From positions 1-31,102 of the forward strand of contig BTVV01000070.1 of NCBI GenBank assembly GCA_045863855.1: a stretch of 31,102 nt of DNA, written 5' to 3'. The translations under genes were made by a program, and so were the position numbers. Below, piece by piece: positions 17,533-27,133 of the stretch; the first letter of the stretch is position 1, and each line of letters begins with the position of its first letter. The notes below the pieces were generated by a model. It had not been told where the DNA came from. It saw only the letters and a list, made by a program, of their open reading frames with translations, and searched no databases. The stretch is from Planctomycetota bacterium. GTDB taxonomy: Bacteria; Planctomycetota; SZUA-567; H5-PLA8.

Positions 17533-18072
17533 ATGATGTCCTTTTTTGCGCGCGTGCTTTTCTACCCGACCCTCGTTTGGAACCTGGTCCTCAGCGGCCT
17601 GATCAAGGAGCGGCGCTGGTGGGACCAGATCGCCCCCAAACTCTGGATGGGCGCGCTGCCGACCGAAGCCGACGTAAAGACGCTCTTCAACCTGGGCGTC
17701 GGAGCGGTGATCAATACCTGCGCCGAGGCCGACGGTCCCCAGCGCGGCTACGCCACCTACGGTGTCGAACAGCTTCGCATTCCCATTGTGGATTTCACGC
17801 CGCCGACACTTGAAGAAGTCGAGCACGGCGTCGCGTTTATCCGCGAGCAGCACGCCGCCGGGAAAGGCGTGTACGTGCACTGCAAGGCAGGCCGCGGGCG
17901 CAGCGCAACTCTCGTGATGTGCTGGCTGATCGCCGAAAAGCGCATGACGCCGGAAGCCGCGCAACAGCATCTGCTCCAGCGCAGACCCCACGCGAATAAA
18001 AAGCTGTATTTGCGCCCGGTGGTACGGATGTATTACGCGCAGCAGGGAAAAGTAGAAAAGAAAAAGGCTTAG
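17533..18072 (+). CDS. PTPMT1-like dual-specificity phosphatase (probable phosphatidylglycerophosphate phosphatase)
   Basis: The N-terminus has ARVLFYPTL, followed by WMGALP and GVEQLRIPIVD. The catalytic loop is VYVHCKAGRGRSAT (CX5R). The start is ATG 17533 or 17536. Confidence 0.85.
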   Translation: MMSFFARVLFYPTLVWNLVLSGLIKERRWWDQIAPKLWMGALPTEADVKTLFNLGVGAVINTCAEADGPQRGYATYGVEQLRIPIVDFTPPTLEEVEHGVAFIREQHAAGKGVYVHCKAGRGRSATLVMCWLIAEKRMTPEAAQQHLLQRRPHANKKLYLRPVVRMYYAQQGKVEKKKA

Positions 18073-18815
18073 CCCAGCCGCAGTTCGTGCAGGGTCTCGC
18101 TCCAGCGCGGTTCGTGCCGTCGGTTGCGGATACGCAGGAGCTTCGCGTGCGATCCTTCGCGCACGAAGCCGCAGGCCGTCGCATTGGACATCCAGCCGCC
18201 CAGGTTAAGCAGTTCTAACTCGCCCGCGCGTTTCGCACCCGGCACGTGCGTGTGCCCGAAGACCAGCGCCCGTATGGGCTCGTCCGACTGCAGTTCTTCG
18301 GCGAGCTTCCGCGCGCGTCGGCGCATCATCGGATTCCACGCCACCGGCGCGATCCACTCTTGGGGGATGCGCTCGTACGCGCGCTCGATCAGCGACCAGT
18401 GCGCCTTATCCTTGCGGCTGCCCAAACGCTGCGGACCGAACTTGCGGCGGTTGAGGTCGGCCATCCGCTGCGCCGCGTCGCCGGAGCGTGAAAGCTTATG
18501 GAAGAGCGCGTGGCCGTGAAGATACAGCACGCCCGCAAGCAGCACGTATTCCGCGCCGGCCGAACTATTGGCGTCGTGGTTGCCGCGAAACCAGACCACT
18601 TCCTTTGCGCCGCCCGACCGGCAGACCGCGTCCACTTCAGCCGCCAACTCGCCGGCGCGCTCGGGCGTGACATACCACTCGTCCACAATGTCGCCCAGCA
18701 AGAGGACGCGTTCGAAGCCGTCCACCAGCGGGCGCAACTGCTTTGCCTCGCGCAAGCAACTGGGTCCGCGGCCCAGGTGCAAATCGGAAAGCGCCAGCGT
18801 GCGCAGCGTTCCCAT
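18069..18815 (-). CDS. Calcineurin-like metallophosphoesterase (LpxH-like)
   Basis: Motifs are LSDLHLG, LLGDIVD, RGNHD, LHGH, FGHTH and LNLGGW. The start is ATG 18815 (alternative GTG 18851). Its stop overlaps the stop of the convergent phosphatase. Confidence 0.85.
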   Translation of the reverse strand: MGTLRTLALSDLHLGRGPSCLREAKQLRPLVDGFERVLLLGDIVDEWYVTPERAGELAAEVDAVCRSGGAKEVVWFRGNHDANSSAGAEYVLLAGVLYLHGHALFHKLSRSGDAAQRMADLNRRKFGPQRLGSRKDKAHWSLIERAYERIPQEWIAPVAWNPMMRRRARKLAEELQSDEPIRALVFGHTHVPGAKRAGELELLNLGGWMSNATACGFVREGSHAKLLRIRNRRHEPRWSETLHELRLG

Positions 18816-18938
18816 CGACCGGTAACCCTCGAGTCTTAGAATCGAATCCACAAGCCTTCATTATGGCATATCGAGGGCCAAATAGACAGACCTGAGGGAG
18901 ACGCGGTTGCTGCACCTGAGCGCTGGCGCTAATTGGCG

Positions 18939-19733
18939 TTAACGCCTGAAGTTCCAGTCGTTCTGCCCGTACTTCTCGCCCAGCAGGTGCGCCGCCGTAG
19001 CGAGTTCGGAGGGCAAGGGATCGGTCGCATCGGAGTCGATTTGACCCAGGACCCGCCGAAGCGACGCGCTCAACGCAGCCAACGAAATCGGACCTCCGAG
19101 GTCCTGAAGCGAGGTCAGGAACGCGCGATGCCCGCGTCCGGCGCGGTATGCGGGCTCGCGCGACGGGTGCTTGAGCACACGATCCATGAGCGCCCAGTCC
19201 GGCGCGGCCAAGAGCGTGCCGTGGACCAGCACGCTGCGGCGCTTGCGAGCTTGGCTGTTTCCGGCGAGTTTGCGCAGCGCCCCGTCGGCGCCGGGCGCAG
19301 CCAGATCGGAGAGTCCCGCCAGTTGCGCGTGTACTCCCAGCAGCGCCAGCGCATCCAACACCGGCCGCAACGCCGCTTCCATCGCGCCGGCGATCGTTTG
19401 GCTTCCGGGAAGTCGGTCGAAGTAAAAGCAGCCCGAATAATTCAGCACGCCGGGACCGATCAGGACCGCGCCGCCGCCGCTGTGCCGGCGCAAAATCGGG
19501 ATATCGGCCGCTCGCGCGGCTTCCAGGTGGACTTCAAGCGCGTGCTCTTGGCCCGTTCCCAGCACCACCGCGTGCGTTCGCGCTTCCCAGAGCCGCCAAG
19601 TGGGTGGCGAAGTATCCGCTTCGAGCCCGCGCTGAACCGCTTCGTCGAGGGCCAAGTCTTCGGCGGGCGTCGCGGCGGTGAAGTCGAGCACCCGCAGGTA
19701 CGGCTCGCCCCTAGGCAGACTTGGCGAAGTCAT
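18939..19733 (-). CDS. Lipoate-protein ligase / octanoyltransferase family protein (LplA/LipM-like, single domain)
   Basis: Motifs are DLALDEA, VVLG, RRHSGGGAV, LNYS, KLAGNSQ and HGTLL. It lies next to the gcv genes. The start is probably ATG 19733. Confidence 0.88.
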   Translation of the reverse strand: MTSPSLPRGEPYLRVLDFTAATPAEDLALDEAVQRGLEADTSPPTWRLWEARTHAVVLGTGQEHALEVHLEAARAADIPILRRHSGGGAVLIGPGVLNYSGCFYFDRLPGSQTIAGAMEAALRPVLDALALLGVHAQLAGLSDLAAPGADGALRKLAGNSQARKRRSVLVHGTLLAAPDWALMDRVLKHPSREPAYRAGRGHRAFLTSLQDLGGPISLAALSASLRRVLGQIDSDATDPLPSELATAAHLLGEKYGQNDWNFRR

Positions 19734-19795
19734 GGGCCTTTGCCCTGGACCGTTTCTCTTCCTTGCCAAGGACGGGCAGAGGAGATGAACCAAGC

Positions 19796-19824
19796 AGGCT
19801 GCGCGAAGCGCAATCCTTTGTCAA
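19796..19824 (-). promoter_or_regulatory. Possible internal promoter for the lipoate ligase gene
   Basis: The minus strand reads TTGACA-17 nt-CAGCCT: a perfect -35 and a weak -10. Confidence 0.3.
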
Positions 19825-19844
19825 AGCATCTGTCGTGCGAGCGG

Positions 19845-21299
<1,455 letters not shown>

Positions 21300-21331
21300 G
21301 GGTTCTCGCTTCGTATGCGCTGCACGCCCGC

Positions 21332-21697
21332 CTACTTCACCACCACCGCCGTCCCGTTCGCGCTCAACAGCAACATCATTCCGGGGCTGTCGCCGCGGAT
21401 GCTCTCGTAATCCAGATCGATCCCCACCACCGCGTTCGCGCCCAGCGCCGCCGCGCGGCGCTTTAAGGTCTCCATCGCGATCTCGCGCGCCGTGTTCAGT
21501 TCCGCCGCGAAGCGTTCCGCGTCCCCGGCATGCACGTCTCGCACTCCGACGAAATGGTCCTGCATCAAATTCGCGCCCAGCACCGCCTCGCCCGAAACCA
21601 CGCCCAGGATGCGCACGATCTTCTTGCCTTCGATCCGGTCGGACGTCGTCGCCGCGATCGCCGGTTCCGTCCGCGGGGTCCGCTTCGCCTTGGCCAT
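21332..21697 (-). CDS. YbjQ / UPF0145 family protein
   Basis: Motifs are TTSDRIEGKKIVRILGVVSGEAVLGAN, AREIA, LGANAVVGIDLDYE and GTAVVV. The start is ATG 21697, after AAGGAG that overlaps the gcvPA stop. Confidence 0.9.
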   Translation of the reverse strand: MAKAKRTPRTEPAIAATTSDRIEGKKIVRILGVVSGEAVLGANLMQDHFVGVRDVHAGDAERFAAELNTAREIAMETLKRRAAALGANAVVGIDLDYESIRGDSPGMMLLLSANGTAVVVK

Positions 21698-21707
21698 CTC
21701 GGGCTCC

Positions 21708-23060
21708 TTACGCTTTCGCAACGGCGTCCACGTACGCGTCGATCTCCGCCCGTGTGCGCTTCTCGGTCACGCAGACGAGCAACTGATGCTTGCGCGCCGG
21801 GTCGAACCGCCCCAGATCCAGTCCGCCCAGGATCTTCTTCTGCAGCAGCGCGTTCAGCACCTCGGCCGCCGGAGCGCGCGTCTCGACGACGAACTCGTGG
21901 AAGGCCGCATACTCCGGTACGCGCTTCAAGGCTCCGCCGGTGAGTCCGCGCAGCTTGCGCCGCAGCAGATCCGCCTGTGCGATGCACAGTTCGCCCGCGC
22001 GCCGCAGCCCCGCGTGGCCCAGGCAGCTCACGTAGAAATGCGCCATCATCGCGCAGAGCGCCTCATTCGTGCAGATGTTGCTCGTCGCCTTCTCCCGGCG
22101 GATGTGCTGTTCGCGCGCCTGGAGCGTCAAGGTGAACGCGCGTTGACCCTTTACGTCCACCGTCTGGCCCACCAGCCGCCCCGGCATGCGCCGCACCAGC
22201 GCGGAGGTGCTCGCCACATAGCCGAGGTACGGTCCGCCGAACTGAAGCGGAACGCCCAAGCTCTGCGCTTCGCCGCAGACGATGTCCGCGCCCAGCTTGC
22301 CCGGAGGCTTCAGGAGTCCGTATGCGAACGGCGCGCCCACGGCCACGAGCAGGCTTCCCTGCCCGTGCAGCGCAGCGGCCAGTCCGGAAATATCGTCGAT
22401 CGAACCGTAGAAGTTCGGGTAGCCCACCGCCACGCACGGCAGCGCTTCGCCGGCCGCTTGCGCTTTCGCCTGCAAGCCGGCCAGATCGGTCTGGTAGCCC
22501 GCGGGCGGCACGATCTCGATCGGCAGACCCATCGCGCCGAATACGGTCTTCAGCGTATCCAGGTAGTACGGATGGAGCGCCCCGTCCACCAGGACCGCTC
22601 CGGTCCGCCCGCTTTGGCGCACCGCCATCTGCACGCCTTCCACCAGCGCCGTCCCGCCGTCGTACAGGCTTGCGTTGGCAACTTCGCAGCCGCACAGCGA
22701 CGCGATCATCGTCTGGTACTCGTAAATGAGCTGCAGCACACCCTGGCTGATCTCGGGCTGGTACGGGGTATAGGCGGTGTACAGTTCGCCGCGCGAAATC
22801 AATTCCATCACGGCCGGCGGGATGAAGTGGTCGTACGCGCCGCCGCCCAGGAAGCAGGCCAGTTCGTTCGTCGCACGGTTCTTCGCGGCCAGGCGCTGCA
22901 TCTCGGCGAGTAGCTCCATTTCGCCAAGACCCTGCGGCACGTCCAGGGGCGGGCATTTCACTTCGGCCGGCAGGTGTTTAAACAGATCGTCCAGCGATTT
23001 CGCGCCTACTTCGGCGAGCATCGCGGCGCGTTCGGCTTCGGAATGGGGCAGGTAACTCAT
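21708..23060 (-). CDS. gcvPA: Glycine dehydrogenase (decarboxylating) subunit 1
   Basis: Motifs are MSYLPH, FLGGGAYDH, TAYTPYQPEISQG, NASLYDG, FGGPYLG, RMPGRLVG and REQHIRREKATSNICTN. Confidence 0.97.
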   Translation of the reverse strand: MSYLPHSEAERAAMLAEVGAKSLDDLFKHLPAEVKCPPLDVPQGLGEMELLAEMQRLAAKNRATNELACFLGGGAYDHFIPPAVMELISRGELYTAYTPYQPEISQGVLQLIYEYQTMIASLCGCEVANASLYDGGTALVEGVQMAVRQSGRTGAVLVDGALHPYYLDTLKTVFGAMGLPIEIVPPAGYQTDLAGLQAKAQAAGEALPCVAVGYPNFYGSIDDISGLAAALHGQGSLLVAVGAPFAYGLLKPPGKLGADIVCGEAQSLGVPLQFGGPYLGYVASTSALVRRMPGRLVGQTVDVKGQRAFTLTLQAREQHIRREKATSNICTNEALCAMMAHFYVSCLGHAGLRRAGELCIAQADLLRRKLRGLTGGALKRVPEYAAFHEFVVETRAPAAEVLNALLQKKILGGLDLGRFDPARKHQLLVCVTEKRTRAEIDAYVDAVAKA

Positions 23061-23119
23061 GGCCGTCGCGGCTCCTGAACCGTATTCGTATGGGGGTGCT
23101 GCGGGTCCTGTTTAAGCAA

Positions 23120-23143
23120 CCAGCGGCAGCAAGCTGCCGCTGG
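23120..23143. repeat. Perfect 11-bp inverted repeat CCAGCGGCAGC-AA-GCTGCCGCTGG (REP-like hairpin) between gcvH and gcvPA
   Basis: The repeat is read directly from the sequence. There is no clear poly-U tail on the minus strand. Confidence 0.6.
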
Positions 23144-23176
23144 GATCGATTCGAATGGCGGTCCTGCGAACGAGGC

Positions 23177-23563
23177 TTACGCCTGACCTAAGTGTTGCTG
23201 GTAACCCTTTGCATCCAACAGCTTGGCGACTTCGCCCGCGTCGGCCAATTCGACCTGGATCATCCAGCCTTCGCCGTACGGATCCTTGTTGATCGTCTCC
23301 GGCGCGCCGTCCAGCACCCCGTTCACCGCCGCCACTTTGCCGGTCACCGGAGAAAAAAGATCGCTCGCCGCCTTCACCGATTCCACCGTCCCGAAGGGCT
23401 TCATGAACGCTACCGAGGCGCCGGCTTTGGGCAGTTCGACGAATACGATGTCGCCCAACTCCTTCTGAGCGTGGTCGGTAATGCCAATGGTGGCAACGTT
23501 GCCGTTCAGCTTCACCCACTCGTGTTCCTTGGAGTATTTAAGTTCGCCGGGTACGCGCGACAT
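23177..23563 (-). CDS. gcvH: Glycine cleavage system H protein
   Basis: Motifs are KYSKEHEWV, GITDHAQKELGDIVFVELP, the lipoyl-lysine VESVKAASD and INKDPYGEGW. ATG 23563 follows an AGGAG RBS. Confidence 0.97.
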   Translation of the reverse strand: MSRVPGELKYSKEHEWVKLNGNVATIGITDHAQKELGDIVFVELPKAGASVAFMKPFGTVESVKAASDLFSPVTGKVAAVNGVLDGAPETINKDPYGEGWMIQVELADAGEVAKLLDAKGYQQHLGQA

Positions 23564-23606
23564 GGTCCGCTCCTGGGTTGAGAAGCTAGGTTGATTGACG
23601 CCGCGC

Positions 23607-23635
23607 ATGTTACCCGAAGAGTGCAGGCGTTGCAC
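23607..23635 (-). promoter_or_regulatory. Candidate sigma70-type promoter of the gcvH operon
   Basis: The minus strand reads GTGCAA-17 nt-TAACAT, about 45 nt upstream of the gcvH start. Confidence 0.45.
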
Positions 23636-23684
23636 GTGAGGAACGCGCCGCAGGCTGCTCTCTAACTGGTTAAGCTGGCAGGAG

Positions 23685-25520
23685 TTATTGCTTCTGTTCG
23701 TAGACGTCGAGCTTCTTGAGACCCTGTTCGGCCGAGCGCCGCACCGCCTCCTGGCTGCTCTTGATCAGCGCTTCGTAGATCTTGCGCGCTTCGGCGAACT
23801 GCTTAAGCCGGCTCAGGCATTCGGCTTCCTGGACCTGGCGCTGCTCGCGCGTCGATTCCACGCCCGATTCCTGCACCGAGCGCCGGAAGAGCTGCAGCGC
23901 TTCCGCGTACTCGCGCTGCTGGTACAGCACATTGCCCAGTTCGTACGCACAGAGCGCGTGAAGTTCCCCGTTGGGCTGAACTTCCATCGCCTTGCGCAGC
24001 AGCTTGTTGGCCAAGTCGAGCGCTTGCACGCGGCCTTCGCCGGTAAAGCTGGTGCGTGCGCGGTACAGCGCATTCCCCGCCTGACGCAGCAAATCGGCGT
24101 TGGGCTTCGGATCGGCGAAAATCTGCGTGGCGCACTCGAGCGTGCCCGGCAGATCGCGCTTCTTCTCGCGAATCTGCAAGATCTCCAGCCATGCTTCGCT
24201 GCGGTGCGCCGAATTCGGAGCCGCTTCGAGGTGGCGCTTGAACAAGTCTTCGGCTTCGCCGAACTTGCCGGCCCGCGTCATGTTCTTCGCCGCCAGCGTA
24301 ACCCATTCCCAGCTCTCGACATGCTTCTCGGCCAGTTGCGCCTGGATCTTATCCACGCGTTCGCGGAAGGCGGTCGTGTCCTTACCCTGCCAGTTGCGTT
24401 TCTTGCCTAATTCGCTGTTCAGGCGGCTCGCATCTTCGCTGCGCAGGCGCTGTTGCAGCGCGCGTTCTTCGCCGGGCATCTCTTCGGGAAATTCCAGCGG
24501 TGTGGCGACCAGTTCCAGCGCTTCGCCGTAGGCGTCCGCGGCCTCCAACTGCTCGTCGTTCACGAACAGATAGTGTCCCAAGTCCATGCGGTGCGCCACG
24601 CGTTGCGGTTCGGCCATGCACTGGCGCTTAAGCATCGCCAGAATCAGGTCGCGCAGTTCGAAGCCCTCGAACTCCGCCACTTCGTGGGCCTTGATCAATA
24701 TGCGCTGCGTGAAGCTCTCGAAGTTGGTTTTACGCACCACCAACTCGTAATCCCCGATCGGAACATCGGTTAGCACCAGCGGCGTATTGCCGACGACGAC
24801 CCCGTTCAGGAGCACTTCCGCTCCGTTGGGCGCGGCGTTCACGGTCAGGCCGCCGGTGGGCAGCTTGACCATCTCTTCGCGCAAGGTTTCGTCCCCGCCG
24901 CCTACCGCTACCTGCCGGATCAGCGGCGAAAAGCCTTCGCGTTCCAGGCGTAGCGCATACGTGCCTTCGGAGAGGCCGCTGATCGTAATCGGTGTCGCGC
25001 CGACCAGCCGGCCGTTCACGAAGACCGTTGCGCCCGCAGGACTGCTTTCGACGGTCAGCTCGCCCTGCGACGATCCGAAGATGCGCCACGGCCACGGTTT
25101 AAAGGCGAAGATCGCAACCAGCGGAATCAGCAGCGTCAGGCCGATCGGGAAGAGCACCCGAGGCAGGTTGCGGCGCGGAGCCGCGGACGCGCTCGACGGC
25201 GCCGCCGTCGCAGAAGCTTTGCGCCCGCCGTTCCAGGCCGGATCGGCGATGGCCACGCCGTCGCCAAAGCGCTTACCGCATTTGGGGCACGGACTTTCGC
25301 GATGCCCGTTGCGCACGTTCCAGGCGACTTGCTGTTTCAGGCAGGAGCGGCAATACAGGATGCCGCAGCTCGCGCAGCCGCGGCCGTGGACGGCATCGGC
25401 GTCGGGCGCCAGCGCGTCGGCGGCCGGGTCCAGCGCCAGCTTCGTGCCGGCGATGGAACCGCCGCAGCGCGAACAAGTTGTCGCGGCGGCTGGTGATGCG
25501 GTCGGCTCGGGAGCGGACAT
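23685..25520 (-). CDS. Membrane-anchored protein: 8-Cys zinc finger, TM helix, 2 PEGA domains, TPR region (611 aa)
   Basis: It has four CxxC pairs and a TM helix VLFPIGLTLLIPLVAIFAF. The PEGA repeats are LTVESSPAGATVFVNGRLVGATP and LTVNAAPNGAEVLLNGVVVGNTP. A TPR-like segment reads AYELGNVLYQQREYAEALQLFRR. Confidence 0.85.
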   Translation of the reverse strand: MSAPEPTASPAAATTCSRCGGSIAGTKLALDPAADALAPDADAVHGRGCASCGILYCRSCLKQQVAWNVRNGHRESPCPKCGKRFGDGVAIADPAWNGGRKASATAAPSSASAAPRRNLPRVLFPIGLTLLIPLVAIFAFKPWPWRIFGSSQGELTVESSPAGATVFVNGRLVGATPITISGLSEGTYALRLEREGFSPLIRQVAVGGGDETLREEMVKLPTGGLTVNAAPNGAEVLLNGVVVGNTPLVLTDVPIGDYELVVRKTNFESFTQRILIKAHEVAEFEGFELRDLILAMLKRQCMAEPQRVAHRMDLGHYLFVNDEQLEAADAYGEALELVATPLEFPEEMPGEERALQQRLRSEDASRLNSELGKKRNWQGKDTTAFRERVDKIQAQLAEKHVESWEWVTLAAKNMTRAGKFGEAEDLFKRHLEAAPNSAHRSEAWLEILQIREKKRDLPGTLECATQIFADPKPNADLLRQAGNALYRARTSFTGEGRVQALDLANKLLRKAMEVQPNGELHALCAYELGNVLYQQREYAEALQLFRRSVQESGVESTREQRQVQEAECLSRLKQFAEARKIYEALIKSSQEAVRRSAEQGLKKLDVYEQKQ

Positions 25521-25558
25521 GGATGCGTGCTCGCTGGTTGTGCGGGTTGCCCCGCCGC

Positions 25559-27127
25559 TTACTCCGTACGCGCCATCTTGACTAAAATGAGGCCTGTCTT
25601 GGCTTTCTCGCGGATCGAAACGCTTTCGCTCTGGGTCAGCTTCTCGTACAGCGCCTTGGCTTCGGCGAATCGCTCGGACTGCCGCAGCGCCTCGGCCAGA
25701 CGGACCTCGCGGTTCTCGCGTTCGCCCGCATCCGGCGCGTTGGCGGCCGCCTCCTTATAGTAGGCGATCGCTTCGACCGGATGCTTCTGCGTGGTCAGGA
25801 CGTTGCCTAAAAGCAGCGCTGCCTCGCCTCGCTGCAAGCCCGCTTGGGCCGCATCGTAAGCTTTGCGGTAGGCTTTTTCGGCCCATTCGAGCAATTCGGC
25901 CTGGTCGTTGAAGCGCACGCGGTTCTGGAAGCGCTGCAAGAGTTTACCCGTATTGATTAACTGCTCGGGGCGGGTCTTGGCAAGTTCGAGGATCTTGGCG
26001 AACGGTTCTTCTGCGGTGGAAAGATTGCGTTGTTGCAGGCGCACGTCCAGCAGCGCCATATAGGCTTCGACCGCGTGCGGACCGTCGGGAACTTTCGCAA
26101 GGTGTTGGAGGTAAAGCTGTTCGGCGTCGGCATGCTGGCCGTTTTCAAGCAGGTTGTTCGCCGCCAGTTCGACCCAGTTCCACGAGACGATGTTGCGGCG
26201 GCTGTAGATCTCCTCGGCCTTCTGGAGTTTATCGCGGAATTCGGCGGTCTGCGGGCCGGTCCAGCGCTTGTGCTTGTCGAGTTCCTTCTGCAATCGGGCG
26301 CGGTCTTCGTAGCGCAGCCGCACTTGCAGCCCGCGCTCTTCCTGATCGATGTCCGGAGGCAACTCGAGGGGTTTCTCGGCCATTTCCTGCCCGCGCATGA
26401 AAGCATCGACGGCCTCGTCCATGCGCAGGTTGACGAAATGATAATGCCCCAGGTCGATGTAGTGCGCCACCCGCTGCGGCTCGGCCCGGATCATGTTCTC
26501 GAGCATGCCCAAAATCTTGTCGCGCAACTCAAAGCCATGGTAGCGCTGGGTTTGTCCGGCGTGAATTTCCAGGCGTGTGGCAAAGGGTTCGAAGTTCGTC
26601 TTGCGGATCAGGAGTTCGTATTGCCCCACCGGGACCGCATCGAGCGCAAGCGGCGCATGCCCGACGAGCTCGCCGTTGAGCAGGACTTCGGCGCCGCGCG
26701 GCTGGATGTCCACTTCCAGCTTACCTTTAGCCAGCGGCAACAGCTCGAAGCGCGCAGTCTGCGCCTTCCCGGTGCATTCCAGGAGCCCCACCAGCGGTTC
26801 GCGTCCGGCCATTTCCAGGCGCAGCCCGTAGCGTCCGGGCGCCAAGCGGTCCAACGCGAGGGGCGTGGCGCCCACCAGCCGCCCGCTGACGAACACGCTT
26901 GCGCCGGCCGGGTCGCTCTCGATGCGCACCGCTCGGGACGGTTCGCTCCCGTCCGATTCGTTCGTGGAATCGCCAGCCTCGCCGGCACTTGAAGGATCGC
27001 CGGGCGAACTGGAATCGTGCAGCGCGCCCCACAGCAACCCGACCAACGCCACCCCACCCAGGATCAGGAAGATCCGGGTCAGGCGCGCCGGCGGCTGCGC
27101 GGGCGGGGGAGCGGTCGGTTCGGTCAT
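25559..27127 (-). CDS. Membrane-anchored PEGA x2 + TPR protein, paralogue of 23685..25520 (522 aa)
   Basis: The TM helix is IFLILGGVALVGLLWGAL. The PEGA repeats are VRIESDPAGASVFVSGRLVGATP and LEVDIQPRGAEVLLNGELVGHAP. A TPR-like segment reads LLLGNVLTTQKHPVEAIAYYKEA. Confidence 0.85.
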   Translation of the reverse strand: MTEPTAPPPAQPPARLTRIFLILGGVALVGLLWGALHDSSSPGDPSSAGEAGDSTNESDGSEPSRAVRIESDPAGASVFVSGRLVGATPLALDRLAPGRYGLRLEMAGREPLVGLLECTGKAQTARFELLPLAKGKLEVDIQPRGAEVLLNGELVGHAPLALDAVPVGQYELLIRKTNFEPFATRLEIHAGQTQRYHGFELRDKILGMLENMIRAEPQRVAHYIDLGHYHFVNLRMDEAVDAFMRGQEMAEKPLELPPDIDQEERGLQVRLRYEDRARLQKELDKHKRWTGPQTAEFRDKLQKAEEIYSRRNIVSWNWVELAANNLLENGQHADAEQLYLQHLAKVPDGPHAVEAYMALLDVRLQQRNLSTAEEPFAKILELAKTRPEQLINTGKLLQRFQNRVRFNDQAELLEWAEKAYRKAYDAAQAGLQRGEAALLLGNVLTTQKHPVEAIAYYKEAAANAPDAGERENREVRLAEALRQSERFAEAKALYEKLTQSESVSIREKAKTGLILVKMARTE

Positions 27128-27133
27128 CGTTCC

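Noticed and set aside
18852..18938. Two CTCAGG motifs on the minus strand reminiscent of a glycine riboswitch
   Set aside because: The GGAGA and CCGAAG elements are absent, the region is too short, and it lies downstream rather than upstream of the gcv genes.
23564..23684. Expected glycine riboswitch upstream of gcvH
   Set aside because: No aptamer motifs were found, and the candidate promoter leaves only a ~40-nt leader.
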